Source of the DNA: Candidatus Pacearchaeota archaeon
GTDB lineage: Archaea > Nanobdellota > Nanobdellia > Pacearchaeales > JAHJTO01
Length of the DNA stretch: 64,000 bases
Assembly (NCBI GenBank): GCA_038849525.1
Contig: JAWCMS010000001.1
Coordinates: 296,222 to 360,221, forward strand
Direction: 5' to 3'
Part shown: one piece after another, positions 46,650 to 56,740 of the stretch
Layout of the letters: each line of letters starts with the position of its first letter
How positions within the stretch are numbered: position 1 is the stretch's first letter
Notes under the pieces: model-generated
What the model was told of the DNA's origin: nothing
The model's database searches: none
The model's input: the letters and a program-made list of their open reading frames with translations, nothing else
Program-made: the position numbers and the translations under genes

Positions 46650-47250
46650 ATGCTTTTGAAATCTTTTTTAACTGAATACTTATACTTTTAAGTTTTTTAT
46701 AATCTTTAAATAATTCTTCATTCAATAAAATTTTTATTATCCATTTACTATAAGAAAATTCTGTGTCATATTTTAGGTAATCAAAGCAATGGTCCACCCT
46801 TCAAGTAATTTTTAAACATCTGTAAGCTGATTATATGCTTTCAAAATTTTTTCATTATCATCATATCATTTTAATCCATAAAGAGAAGAATTTTTAATTT
46901 CAGTGTTGAAGGTTCTGTTTTTGAAGTTAATAATATATTTATTATCATTATATCTCCTTCATTAAGGTAATTCATAAACTGTCTTCTTTTGTAAATTCTA
47001 ATTAATGGAGATGGCTTTTTATCCTATTCTATCATTTGAAAACCTTTTCCACAATAATAAAAATACTTTCCTTCTTTTTTAGCTCTGTGCATGACCCAAC
47101 ATTTTCTATTTTATTTTTCTTTTTAAGCTCTTTAAGCATCTCTTTTTCCTTTGGAATCACACAAGCCCAATATCTTCACATTTCTCTATGTTTTCGGCTT
47201 AAATTGTATCTTTTCTATTTTCTTACTTCAGAATAAGTCCGAGGCTATTA
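46650..47250 (-). pseudogene. Probable decayed gene, unassigned
   Basis: Largest non-coding gap in the window; minus strand gives protein-like fragments in different frames broken by several stops and frameshifts. Confidence 0.45.
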
Positions 47251-47324
47251 TCTCAGTATAGACAATTTTAAGGATTATAAAAGCTTATATGTAATAAAAT
47301 TATTGCAATAAGATATAATGTTTT

Positions 47325-48602
47325 TTATTTACCTTTAATCTCTTTAAATCCACAATATTTATGTAAAACTTTAGGAATTTTTATACTGCCGTCAGCTTGC
47401 TGGTTATTCTCAAGAATTGCTATCATAACTCGAGAAGTTGCTATTCCTGTGTTGTTTAATGTATGTACAAACTCGCGTTCATTAGTTTTATTCCTTAAAA
47501 ATTTTATATTAAGCCTGCGAGCTTGATAGTCAGTACAATTACTATTACTTCCAGCTTCTCTATATTTGCCATCAGCCATTAAAATTTCAATATCATAGGT
47601 TTTAGATGCAACACTTCCTGTATCTGCAGAGCATAGAATACTAACTCTATAGGGCAATTTTAAAGCTTTAAACATGTCTTCAGAGTTTTTTTGCATTTCA
47701 AGAAACATTTTTTCTGAATCTTCTGGCTTGCAAAAAATAAATTGCTCTACTTTATTGAAATTATGCATTCTGAAAAGTCCTTTTGTATATTTTCCATGCG
47801 AACCTACTTCTTTTCTAAAGCATGGAGAGATTCCAACGAATTTTAATGGCAAATCTTTTTCTGCAAGAACTTCATCCATAAACATTGATGCTATTGCATG
47901 TTCAGATGTCGCTATTAAATATAAATCCTCATCTTGAATTTTATACATAACATCTTTAAAAGCATCTAGATTTGTTACTCCCTCATAAGGTTTTCTATGA
48001 AGCATAAGAGGAGGTTCTATTAATTTATAACCCTTTTTTCTTAAAAAATCAATTGCAAACTTTTGCAGAGCATGATCAAGTAGAGCGAGTTCTTCTTTTA
48101 AATAATAAAAACCATGTCCTGAAACTTTATTTGCTCTTTCTTGATCTATTATACCTAAATTTAAGGCGAGTTCGAGATGATCTTTTGGCTTGAAATTAAA
48201 TTTTTTAGCTTTTCCAAATTTTTTTATGACTTTATTATCTTCAGATGATTTTCCAAATGGTACTGATTTGTCGAGAAGATTAGGGATTTTTAATGAAAGT
48301 TCATATAATTTAAATTCTGTCTCAAAAATTTCTTTATCTAATTCTTTAATTTTTTCAGGCAATTCCTGTGCTTTTTTTATCGCATTTCTTGCTTCTTTTT
48401 CTTGTCCTAATTTTTTATATTCATTAATTTTTTCTGAGATAATATTTCTTTCGTGTCTTAACTCATCATTTCTTTTCTTGAGCTCTCGTAATTTAGAATC
48501 TAATTTAATCCATTCATCTACTATACTTTCATTTAAACCCCTTTTTTTTAAATTTTCTTTAACTAACTTTGGATTATCACGAATTAGCTTTGGGTCAAGC
48601 AT
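47325..48602 (-). CDS. serS: Seryl-tRNA synthetase
   Basis: MLD...IR.NP, LIATSEH, CFRKE.G.HG..T.GLFRMH.F.KVEQF, SNCTDYQ.RR, HTLN.T. Confidence 0.96.
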   Translation of the reverse strand: MLDPKLIRDNPKLVKENLKKRGLNESIVDEWIKLDSKLRELKKRNDELRHERNIISEKINEYKKLGQEKEARNAIKKAQELPEKIKELDKEIFETEFKLYELSLKIPNLLDKSVPFGKSSEDNKVIKKFGKAKKFNFKPKDHLELALNLGIIDQERANKVSGHGFYYLKEELALLDHALQKFAIDFLRKKGYKLIEPPLMLHRKPYEGVTNLDAFKDVMYKIQDEDLYLIATSEHAIASMFMDEVLAEKDLPLKFVGISPCFRKEVGSHGKYTKGLFRMHNFNKVEQFIFCKPEDSEKMFLEMQKNSEDMFKALKLPYRVSILCSADTGSVASKTYDIEILMADGKYREAGSNSNCTDYQARRLNIKFLRNKTNEREFVHTLNNTGIATSRVMIAILENNQQADGSIKIPKVLHKYCGFKEIKGK

Positions 48603-48633
48603 AAATGAAAAAAGAAAATACAATATTTAAAAT

Positions 48634-51624
48634 TTAGCTTTTTAATCTTTTATTTGTTATTTCATCATAGAAACTAATTATTTTTAGATAAAGAATTTTT
48701 TGTTGTTCTTCTGAGAGTATCTTTTTATGTTTTTCATAATACTTTTTTACGAAGCTATATACAAACGATGCTCTCTTAATGTCATTAAAAAGTAAAGCTT
48801 CTCTTCCCTTTATAAGTTCTTCATTGATTTTAGAAATTACTCTTTCTTTTCTTTTTCCTTTAATCAGAAGTATCAGGATTATCATTATAGCTATTGTTGC
48901 CAATAATGCAGAAGCATAAAGTATGTATTCTCTTGGGGGAGCGAAAAGAAATGTTCTTTTTTTCAAAGTACAAATATTGTTAATACAGACTTCATCTATA
49001 GGACAAGGGCAGTCAATACAACAACTCAAGAAAGACTCAGACATTTCACATATATTATTGCCACATGCAAAAATTTTCTTAAAGATTAATTTCACTGTAC
49101 TATCTTCTATAGACAAAAGGGTAACTGCTAAATCTATAATACCATCTTGATTTGCGTCTATGACTTTTGTTTCGTTGATTGCTAAAGTTATATTAAAAGG
49201 TTCTGATGAAATCTGAAGGGTTACTGTCTTATTTATTAAATCAATATCAATAATAGTGATAGTATGATTCTCGATTTCTGTAGGAGTTATTATTCTAAAA
49301 TTAAATATTGTATTTTTTGAAGCAGCAAGGAAAGTTTCTTCATAATTATTGAAAGTTTCAATCTCATTTAAATTATAACTTTCTTTAGGCACTTCTGGTA
49401 TTTTGGCAGGTGGTTGAGAGATGGGGAGAACGCTTGGCGGGACTTCACCACCTCTTTCTCTACCACCTTTGCTAGGAGCAGTTGGAGAAGCAATACTAAA
49501 TGTATGCATTGTTGAATTTTCATTTATATTTCCATGGGAATCATTACATTTGTAATATAAAGTATAAGTTTGGCCATTACTTAATCCTGTAAACAAAAAT
49601 GAATGTTCAAGTGCATTCGTATTAGTAAATTCTATTCCATCAGAAAAGTTGAAAGTTGAATTTGTTAAATTGTATCTGCATGTAGCAATTTCATCTGTAC
49701 TTATATTTATTAAAGTTTCAGATGTTTCTGCCGGAAATTCAGAGTTTTGAGAAGGATAGATTATTGTTATTAAAGGAGCAAGAGTATCAGCAATACTGAA
49801 ATATCTTTTCTCGGAAATATTGCTTAATTCACCGTCGTCACATTCAATAGACCAATTATGCATGCCATAACTTATTCCTTCAATTAAAAAGTTTGTTAGC
49901 GTATTATTTTTTGTTGTTGAATTTGTTTGATTCAGAATCTCATCAAGATAAATTGAACAGCTTAATGTTTCATTTAAGTCATCAGTTGCAGTAAAATTAA
50001 AGCTAATTTCTTGGATATTGTTAAATTGGGTATTGTTTAATGGTTGGTTTAGAATAATTTGAGGTGCTTGATTTAAGAATATTGTAAAACTAACTTTTTC
50101 TGTATTATTTATATTACCAACAGTATCATTACACCAAAATTTTGCTAAATAGTTTCCTTTATTTAGCGATGTTATATTGTAGAAATAAGTAGAGTTTAAT
50201 TCTGTCATTGTAATATTTGTTTGCCAATTATCTACAGTGTAAAAACAGTGAGACAAGTTTTCATTGCCGCTGATATTAAAATCAATTACATTTGTGAAAT
50301 AAGTTTTGTTTAAAGGGGAAATTATTGTTATTAAAGGAGCAAGAGTATCAGAAAATGTCAAACTCCAATTTTCATTTGCAAATGCAAAATTTCCAACAGT
50401 GTCATTTGCCAAGCAGTTCCATTTGTATATATCATTATAAGGCAAAGTGACATTAAATTCTGTTTCATTGAAAGTTCCTGAAACAGGATTGATTGTTTCA
50501 TTAATTATGCTGTCAGTTGAATTCCATAAATAGAAAGTTATGTTGCTTAATTGAATGTCATCAGTCGCATTACATCTGAATGTCTGTAAAGATTGAGTAA
50601 CAAAAGAATTATTTGCAGGAAAGATAAGAGAAACATTTGGTGGTAAAGGTTGTAGCGTAGTTAAAGGCAAGTAATCAATATTTGTCATTGTTTGATTATG
50701 TATATTATAAGAATTCAAGCAAAATCCCTCGCTTGAAGGATTGCATAAAGTTCTATTTTCAGAAAAGCCGTTTCCGTCAGGCTGAGCCCAAAAGTTTCCT
50801 CCTAAATAAGGGCCACCAACTATATTTGTTCCTGCTGTTTTTGTTGTATTAAAATAATTCGCCTGAAAATATGTATCTGCATTTAAGCTGTTATTTAAAT
50901 AATTGTTATAGATAAGATTGTTTTCCTGATACCACAAATTAATTCCTATCCTGCTGCAGTTTGCTATTGTATTATTTGTAATAATACCTGAAGAATTGCC
51001 TGGCATAATTCCATCGACGCTCATTGAATGTATTGTATTTCCAATTATTCTATAGTTTGGTGTATGGGCTATATTTATTCCGATCCCACCGAAACTTATG
51101 CTGTTGTTTATAACAGATGAGTTTGGAACTTGGAATATTCTAATTCCACCCCATATATTATTGTTTATAATTGTAGTATTTGAAGTATAATCTGATCTAA
51201 TTCCCCAATAATAGCCTTGTATATTACAATTTTTGATTATAGCATTTTCTGCCCCAAATATTTGAATTCCATAAGTATAATCTTGTTCTGAACCATTAAT
51301 CCAGTAACCTTTACAGTCTAAAGTTATATTAGCTTCAGATATTGTAAAACAGGTGCCGGTTGAAGAAACACTTTGATTTAAATAATAAATTGCATTTGAA
51401 ACATTCAGGGTTTGGCATGAACTAATATTATACTCTAATTGCTGGATTTCAGGAGCAGGACTTTCTATTGTGGTAACAGTAATTTTTCCTGTTAAGAAAG
51501 AATAAATCTGACAGAAAATATTGCACTCTTTTGCCCAAGTTAGCGATAAAAGAGAAAGGATTAAGATAAAGATAACTATAAGAAAAAAAGTTTCTTTAGA
51601 AGCATTTTTGCTTCTTTTTTTCAT
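48634..51624 (-). CDS. 996-aa surface protein: signal peptide, parallel beta-helix (NosD-like), Ig-like repeats, DxNxDG Ca-binding-like module, Cys-rich module, C-terminal TM
   Basis: NITLDC.G..I.G, N.I.NN repeats, IYNN.., GG..LGGNFW..P.G; DTLAP.I.I..P repeats; DANQDGIID; YILYASALLATIAIMIILILLI. Confidence 0.85.
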   Translation of the reverse strand: MKKRSKNASKETFFLIVIFILILSLLSLTWAKECNIFCQIYSFLTGKITVTTIESPAPEIQQLEYNISSCQTLNVSNAIYYLNQSVSSTGTCFTISEANITLDCKGYWINGSEQDYTYGIQIFGAENAIIKNCNIQGYYWGIRSDYTSNTTIINNNIWGGIRIFQVPNSSVINNSISFGGIGINIAHTPNYRIIGNTIHSMSVDGIMPGNSSGIITNNTIANCSRIGINLWYQENNLIYNNYLNNSLNADTYFQANYFNTTKTAGTNIVGGPYLGGNFWAQPDGNGFSENRTLCNPSSEGFCLNSYNIHNQTMTNIDYLPLTTLQPLPPNVSLIFPANNSFVTQSLQTFRCNATDDIQLSNITFYLWNSTDSIINETINPVSGTFNETEFNVTLPYNDIYKWNCLANDTVGNFAFANENWSLTFSDTLAPLITIISPLNKTYFTNVIDFNISGNENLSHCFYTVDNWQTNITMTELNSTYFYNITSLNKGNYLAKFWCNDTVGNINNTEKVSFTIFLNQAPQIILNQPLNNTQFNNIQEISFNFTATDDLNETLSCSIYLDEILNQTNSTTKNNTLTNFLIEGISYGMHNWSIECDDGELSNISEKRYFSIADTLAPLITIIYPSQNSEFPAETSETLINISTDEIATCRYNLTNSTFNFSDGIEFTNTNALEHSFLFTGLSNGQTYTLYYKCNDSHGNINENSTMHTFSIASPTAPSKGGRERGGEVPPSVLPISQPPAKIPEVPKESYNLNEIETFNNYEETFLAASKNTIFNFRIITPTEIENHTITIIDIDLINKTVTLQISSEPFNITLAINETKVIDANQDGIIDLAVTLLSIEDSTVKLIFKKIFACGNNICEMSESFLSCCIDCPCPIDEVCINNICTLKKRTFLFAPPREYILYASALLATIAIMIILILLIKGKRKERVISKINEELIKGREALLFNDIKRASFVYSFVKKYYEKHKKILSEEQQKILYLKIISFYDEITNKRLKS
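49760..50351. repeat. 31-bp identical direct repeats (49760-49790 and 50321-50351) at Ig-module starts
   Basis: attattgttattaaaggagcaagagtatcag twice; encodes DTLAPLITII. Confidence 0.9.
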
Positions 51625-51697
51625 TTTATTATGAATAAAAGAGAATACTTAAATTTTATCTTTAGATAGTATTTTATATTCTTTTGTTCTTTTTAAA

Positions 51698-52327
51698 ATG
51701 ATGTTTAAAGATAGGAAAGATGCGGGTAGAAAGCTGGCAAGAGAGTTAATTAAACAGAAAATTAAGGCAGATATAGTGCTGGCTATTCCAAGAGGAGGTA
51801 TTCCTGTCGCTTTTGAGGTTGCTAAAGCTTTAAAGATAAAACTTGATGTTATTATTCCAAGAAAATTGCCGATCCCTTATGATCCTGAAGCAGGCTTCGG
51901 TGCTGTAATTGATAATGAAGTCAGTCTAAATTATAATTTATTAAAATATCTGAAATTAAATAAAAAAGAGATTAATAAAATTGTAAAAGAAGTGAAGCAA
52001 GAGATTAAGAGGAGAATGGAAGTTTATAGAGGCAAAAAACCTTTATCAAAAGTAAAAGGAAAAACAGTAATTGTTGTTGATGATGGTTTAGCCTCTGGAT
52101 TTACAATGCTTGCCGCTGTAAAGCATTTGCAGAGAAAAAAAGCAAATGTTATAATTGCTGTTCCTGTAGCAAGCTTGTCTGCTTATCAGTTATTAAGAGA
52201 CAAAGCAAAGTTAATTTGCTTGAATGTTTCTGATGAGGCAATTTTTGCTGTCGCAAACTTTTACAAAGAATGGAGAGATTTAAGTGATGATGAAGTAATT
52301 AGTTATTTAGAAAAAGCTGAAAAATGA
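51698..52327 (+). CDS. Phosphoribosyltransferase-fold protein (COG1926-like)
   Basis: F.DR..AG..LA, VLAIPRGG.PVA, VIVVDDGLASG.TM.AA, AVPV. Confidence 0.9.
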   Translation: MMFKDRKDAGRKLARELIKQKIKADIVLAIPRGGIPVAFEVAKALKIKLDVIIPRKLPIPYDPEAGFGAVIDNEVSLNYNLLKYLKLNKKEINKIVKEVKQEIKRRMEVYRGKKPLSKVKGKTVIVVDDGLASGFTMLAAVKHLQRKKANVIIAVPVASLSAYQLLRDKAKLICLNVSDEAIFAVANFYKEWRDLSDDEVISYLEKAEK

Positions 52328-52366
52328 AAAAATAAGATTTATTAACAAAGAAGTATTAATTGAATT

Positions 52367-53017
52367 ATGACAAAAAAAGAGATGCTTGAATCAGTTCTTG
52401 AAAACAATAAAGATAGAAATAATATAGATAAAATAATAGAAGCGATGGAAAAAGTTGATAGGAGAGATTTTGTTTCTGTTAAAGATCCATATATAGATGC
52501 ACCTTTATCTATTGGCTACGGGCAAACAATATCACAACCAACTACTGTTGCAAGAATGCTCTCTTTGCTTGATTTAAAGAAAAAACAAGATGTTCTAGAG
52601 ATTGGCTCCGGAAGCGGATGGAATGCTGCATTAGTTGCTTATCTTGTCAAGCCAGGAAAGGTAGTTTCTGTAGAAAGAATTAAAGAACTAAATGAAATGG
52701 CGCAAAAAAATTATGATTCTATAAAAAATAAGCTTAAGCTTGATAATATTGAATTTGTTTTTGCTGATGCTTTTGATAGAAAAGGAAAAATATGGAAAAT
52801 AAAATATGATCGAATAATAACAACTGCTGCTGCAGATTCGATGTTCAAAGAAGATTTAATGGAGATGGGCAAGACTCTATTGAAAGATAAAGGATTATTA
52901 TTGTTTCCAACAGAAGAAGGAGAAATGGAACTATGGCAGAAAAAAGACAAAAAAATGATAAAAATTTATTCGGAGTATGGTTATAGTTTCGTTCCGCTGA
53001 TTAGGGGAATAGAGTAA
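52367..53017 (+). CDS. pcm: Protein-L-isoaspartate O-methyltransferase
   Basis: V.R..FV, Y.D.PL.IG.GQTISQP, VLEIGSGSGWNAAL, YDRI..TAA, FVPL. Confidence 0.9.
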   Translation: MTKKEMLESVLENNKDRNNIDKIIEAMEKVDRRDFVSVKDPYIDAPLSIGYGQTISQPTTVARMLSLLDLKKKQDVLEIGSGSGWNAALVAYLVKPGKVVSVERIKELNEMAQKNYDSIKNKLKLDNIEFVFADAFDRKGKIWKIKYDRIITTAAADSMFKEDLMEMGKTLLKDKGLLLFPTEEGEMELWQKKDKKMIKIYSEYGYSFVPLIRGIE

Positions 53018-53080
53018 TCACTTTATCATAGTAACAAAGGAAAGATTTAAATATAACCTTTTAATTAAAGAAATAGTAAA

Positions 53081-54193
53081 ATGAGAAAAAATTTGTTAAA
53101 ATTAATATTCCCTGTAGTTTTAGGATTATCTACATTATCGCCTAAAGCAGGAGGAGAGGCAAGTATCGCTGCAGGAATTAATCAAAATAATGTAACAAAA
53201 ATTTCAAGGGTATTTTTTGATTTTTCTTTAAATCAAAATAAACCTTATCTTTATCTTGAATCTGGATTAAATGAAAATCATTTTGGATTTTTTGGAGAAT
53301 ATAAATTTGATGCAGATAATTTTTCTCTTAAGCCTATTTTTAATTTTCAATCAAAAAATTATGAAAGCAAATTAGAGAAAGGTACTTTTGACAGCACAAT
53401 TGCAGGCATTGAATTTAATAAAAATTTTGGCGATTTTTATATTAAATTTGATTGTGCAAGTGCTAATGATATAAATTCAAGCAAAACTACAGAAAGTACA
53501 ACTGATATAGATAGTGAAAATGGCAGCAATTATAATTTAACTACTACTGTAACTGCAGTTACTTCTGCAGACATTAAAGCAAAAACAACAAATCTAGGTA
53601 ATCTTTTAACTTTAGAATACAAAAATTTTGAATTATCTGCAGAAGGTTCGTTTATTGACTCAGATATTAAAGGAAATTTAAGTACAGATATAACAGAAGT
53701 AGTTGAGGGCAATATTTCTGGAGTTCCTATTTATAACAGAAATGTAAGTACGATTATATCTCCTATATCTGAAAAAAAGAAAATGCAACAGTCTTCTTTA
53801 TCAGCTTCTTATTATTTTAAGCATGGAACTTTAAATCTCGGGACAGAAAAAAGCGGTTTAGAGTTTGTAATAGATACTGCTTATAAAAATGATTATGAAA
53901 CTGAAGATAAAATTGAAAAGGCTAAGGAAATAAATCGAATAAGAAAATCTTTGGGTTATAGAGATATAATAAATCAAAGGATATGGGAAAAGAAAAAAGA
54001 AGGATATATTAATTCTATTGTACTTTATTTAGATACAAGTAACACTTTTAGTGGGGAATATATAAGCGAAAAATTTAGTGCAGGAATAAAATATGAGAAA
54101 GGTGATTTTGCTATAACTGGTGGATACAAAGGATTTAATTTAGAATTAAGCAATAAAAATATTAATTTAAACTATAAAACTGAATTAGAATGA
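53081..54193 (+). CDS. Secreted hypothetical protein rich in amphipathic beta strands
   Basis: Signal peptide MRKNLLKLIFPVVLGLSTLSPKA; many alternating hydrophobic/polar strands; no TM helix. Confidence 0.7.
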   Translation: MRKNLLKLIFPVVLGLSTLSPKAGGEASIAAGINQNNVTKISRVFFDFSLNQNKPYLYLESGLNENHFGFFGEYKFDADNFSLKPIFNFQSKNYESKLEKGTFDSTIAGIEFNKNFGDFYIKFDCASANDINSSKTTESTTDIDSENGSNYNLTTTVTAVTSADIKAKTTNLGNLLTLEYKNFELSAEGSFIDSDIKGNLSTDITEVVEGNISGVPIYNRNVSTIISPISEKKKMQQSSLSASYYFKHGTLNLGTEKSGLEFVIDTAYKNDYETEDKIEKAKEINRIRKSLGYRDIINQRIWEKKKEGYINSIVLYLDTSNTFSGEYISEKFSAGIKYEKGDFAITGGYKGFNLELSNKNINLNYKTELE

Positions 54194-56736
54194 AAATAGT
54201 AAAAATTTTGATAATTTGCATGATTTTAGTGCTTGTAGCTATAACAGTTAGTTCTTATTCTCTTCCAGATTTAAAACCAATCCTTATTTTCAATTTCACT
54301 TCGCAAGAAACAGTAGCTGTCTTGACTGCTGTGGCTACCGATTCTTTGACTAATGCAGGCATTTTAAGCATAGAAATTTATGAGGACAATCAAAAAATTG
54401 CAGAAAAGGAATGCAAAGGGATGAAAACATGTACATTGACAAAGACTATTGTAAAATCAGAGCCGATTACAAAAAGCTATTATGCTAAAGCTATTGATTT
54501 AGGTGGCAATACTGTTCAATCAGAAATAATAACAATTAAATTTAAAGGTATTTTTGAATCTATAAATATCCCTCCTATAATTAATAGTTCTAGATTATTG
54601 ATTTCTCCAATTGGTGGCTCTTTTTATTGGGAGTTTGACCCTTCGCTTGAAACTTATGCTTACACTTATTATGAACAAGAAAAGATAATTGAATTGGTTA
54701 AGGGAAGAGCTATAGGAGGTTATTTAGATTCTATAATAAATATTGATAATGATATTCTTACTTATAAATGGTTTGTCAATGGAGAAGAAATCTCAAATGA
54801 AAGAAATTTTAATTATAATTTCACAAAAGAAGGTCAGTATAATATCACCTATGAAGTCTTTGATGGAAAAGAAAAAGCAATTGGCGGATGGTTTTTCTCT
54901 ATTGTAAAACCTAATATACAAGGAATAGTAACTGATATTGATATAGGAACACCATTAGATGGATTAAACATAAGCATCTATCCTTCAAGCTTATTTAATG
55001 CTGAAACAAATGACACAAATGCAGCAGCTACTTATGATTTATTGCAACCTAAATTTATTCCAGATGCGGTAACAGATAAGAATGGTAATTACTCTCTTAA
55101 TTTGCCTGATGGGGTGTATCATATTGTTGTGCAAGGCTCAAAAGAGATAGATTTTGCTATTTACGTAAATTCAAGCAAGGAAGCAACTAAACATAATATT
55201 GAAGTCAGTAAAAAAGTTGATTCAACAATATTTAATGCAGAAGGGCATATTGTACATTCAGGAAAATATGCTGATTCAAATAACTATACTGTTGGGAATA
55301 TTGTTTACTTTACAATGTTTGGAGTAAATAATGGCGGAACAAATGAGACTATAACATTTGCTGTACAAGATCATACAAGTATAGGTGGACCAAATGCTCC
55401 GATTGTTTATTATGGAAGTATAGATAATCCTAATGAATCCTTGACGATTCCTGCAGGACAAAAATTAAATAAAATGTTCAAGTTTAGAATACCTGCAAAT
55501 TATTCTGCAGGAAGATATGACATACATGTTTTATGGAACAATGAAACATGGCACAAAATAGGAAACTTTTTTGTTGTGCCTGACACAACTGCGCCTTATG
55601 TATTTGGCTGGGATTCATTGACAACTTACACAAACAGCTCAACAAGAATTCCTTATGATGGAGAAAATGTTCCTCAGCCAGGAACTATAGGCTATAACGA
55701 AATTCAGTTTTATTATATGATGGAAGGATTTAACGAGCCAAAATGGGGCGTAAAAGTATGCGCCGATAAAGATATTGCAACGGATGAAGATAATGACGGA
55801 ATAGCTGATAATGATGAGGACACATGCATGATTAATCCTCCAAGATTTGTTGGCTCAGAAGACATACCTCGTGTAAATTATACAAAGAGTGGGCATTATA
55901 TAGCAAAAATAACTGCAACAGATGATGCTGGAAATACTAACTCGACTTATACTAATATAACTGTTTATGCTATTGAAGAAGAAGTTGATGCAATTGCAAC
56001 TGCTATTTACGGCATGTTTGTGCCTGGATGGCTGCCGTTGCACAAAAACAGAACTCTGCCTATGACATGGTTCTCTCCTGTTAGCTATGGAGCTCCTGAT
56101 GCTTGGGACAGGACAACTATAGATGATAGTTGCGGAGACGAATACATGACTCCATGGGATGGATTGAATGGAACTAATGGAATAAACTGGGCACAGATAG
56201 GAGCATTGGAATATCGGATAGTCGATCGCGTCTTCCCAAGCGCAAAAGCGATATTTCCAATGACAGGAGAAGAATATAATTATACTCTTTCAAGTTTCTT
56301 GTTGACATTAAATTGTGTTTACAACAATTACGGCCCTGATGTTTCATGCAACTACAGGCAATTTGCGCCTGAAATTTATACTTGCACGCCAAATTCAGTT
56401 TCATCCCCTTATTACAGTATAATGCCTTGCTATCCTCAATCTAAGTCAATAAACATAACTGCTTCTCAAGTTTATACCATTGCAGTAAGGGATCCAAACA
56501 ATGACCCTTACAAAATTCATTGGTATGTTAATGGAATTGAGATTTTGAATACAGAAGATCATAACCAGCACTATATGTCGGGAGGCAAGAATGAAACACT
56601 TGTATTTATAGCAAATTCAACTTTAATAGGAAATCATAAAATAAAGGCAGCTGCTTGGGATGAAAGCGGAATGAACATAAGCATTGTTAATGGACCAAAT
56701 AACATCTATGAATGGAATTTAACTATTACTGCTTGA
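54190..56736 (+). CDS. 848-aa secreted protein with Ig/PKD-like and carboxypeptidase-regulatory-like beta modules
   Basis: Signal peptide; YKWFVNG..IS...F.Y.F..EG.Y.IT..V.DG; TD.NG.YS..LPDG.Y; acidic DEDNDGIADND loop; ATGA overlap with the upstream gene. Confidence 0.8.
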   Translation: MKIVKILIICMILVLVAITVSSYSLPDLKPILIFNFTSQETVAVLTAVATDSLTNAGILSIEIYEDNQKIAEKECKGMKTCTLTKTIVKSEPITKSYYAKAIDLGGNTVQSEIITIKFKGIFESINIPPIINSSRLLISPIGGSFYWEFDPSLETYAYTYYEQEKIIELVKGRAIGGYLDSIINIDNDILTYKWFVNGEEISNERNFNYNFTKEGQYNITYEVFDGKEKAIGGWFFSIVKPNIQGIVTDIDIGTPLDGLNISIYPSSLFNAETNDTNAAATYDLLQPKFIPDAVTDKNGNYSLNLPDGVYHIVVQGSKEIDFAIYVNSSKEATKHNIEVSKKVDSTIFNAEGHIVHSGKYADSNNYTVGNIVYFTMFGVNNGGTNETITFAVQDHTSIGGPNAPIVYYGSIDNPNESLTIPAGQKLNKMFKFRIPANYSAGRYDIHVLWNNETWHKIGNFFVVPDTTAPYVFGWDSLTTYTNSSTRIPYDGENVPQPGTIGYNEIQFYYMMEGFNEPKWGVKVCADKDIATDEDNDGIADNDEDTCMINPPRFVGSEDIPRVNYTKSGHYIAKITATDDAGNTNSTYTNITVYAIEEEVDAIATAIYGMFVPGWLPLHKNRTLPMTWFSPVSYGAPDAWDRTTIDDSCGDEYMTPWDGLNGTNGINWAQIGALEYRIVDRVFPSAKAIFPMTGEEYNYTLSSFLLTLNCVYNNYGPDVSCNYRQFAPEIYTCTPNSVSSPYYSIMPCYPQSKSINITASQVYTIAVRDPNNDPYKIHWYVNGIEILNTEDHNQHYMSGGKNETLVFIANSTLIGNHKIKAAAWDESGMNISIVNGPNNIYEWNLTITA

Positions 56737-56740
56737 TAAT

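Noticed and set aside
46650-47250. Stop-codon recoding (Sec, Pyl or reassigned code) to rescue the broken ORF
   Set aside because: TAA, TAG and TGA all interrupt it together with frameshifts; all three stops end normal genes and aRF1 has canonical NIKS/YxCxxxF/GGQ motifs
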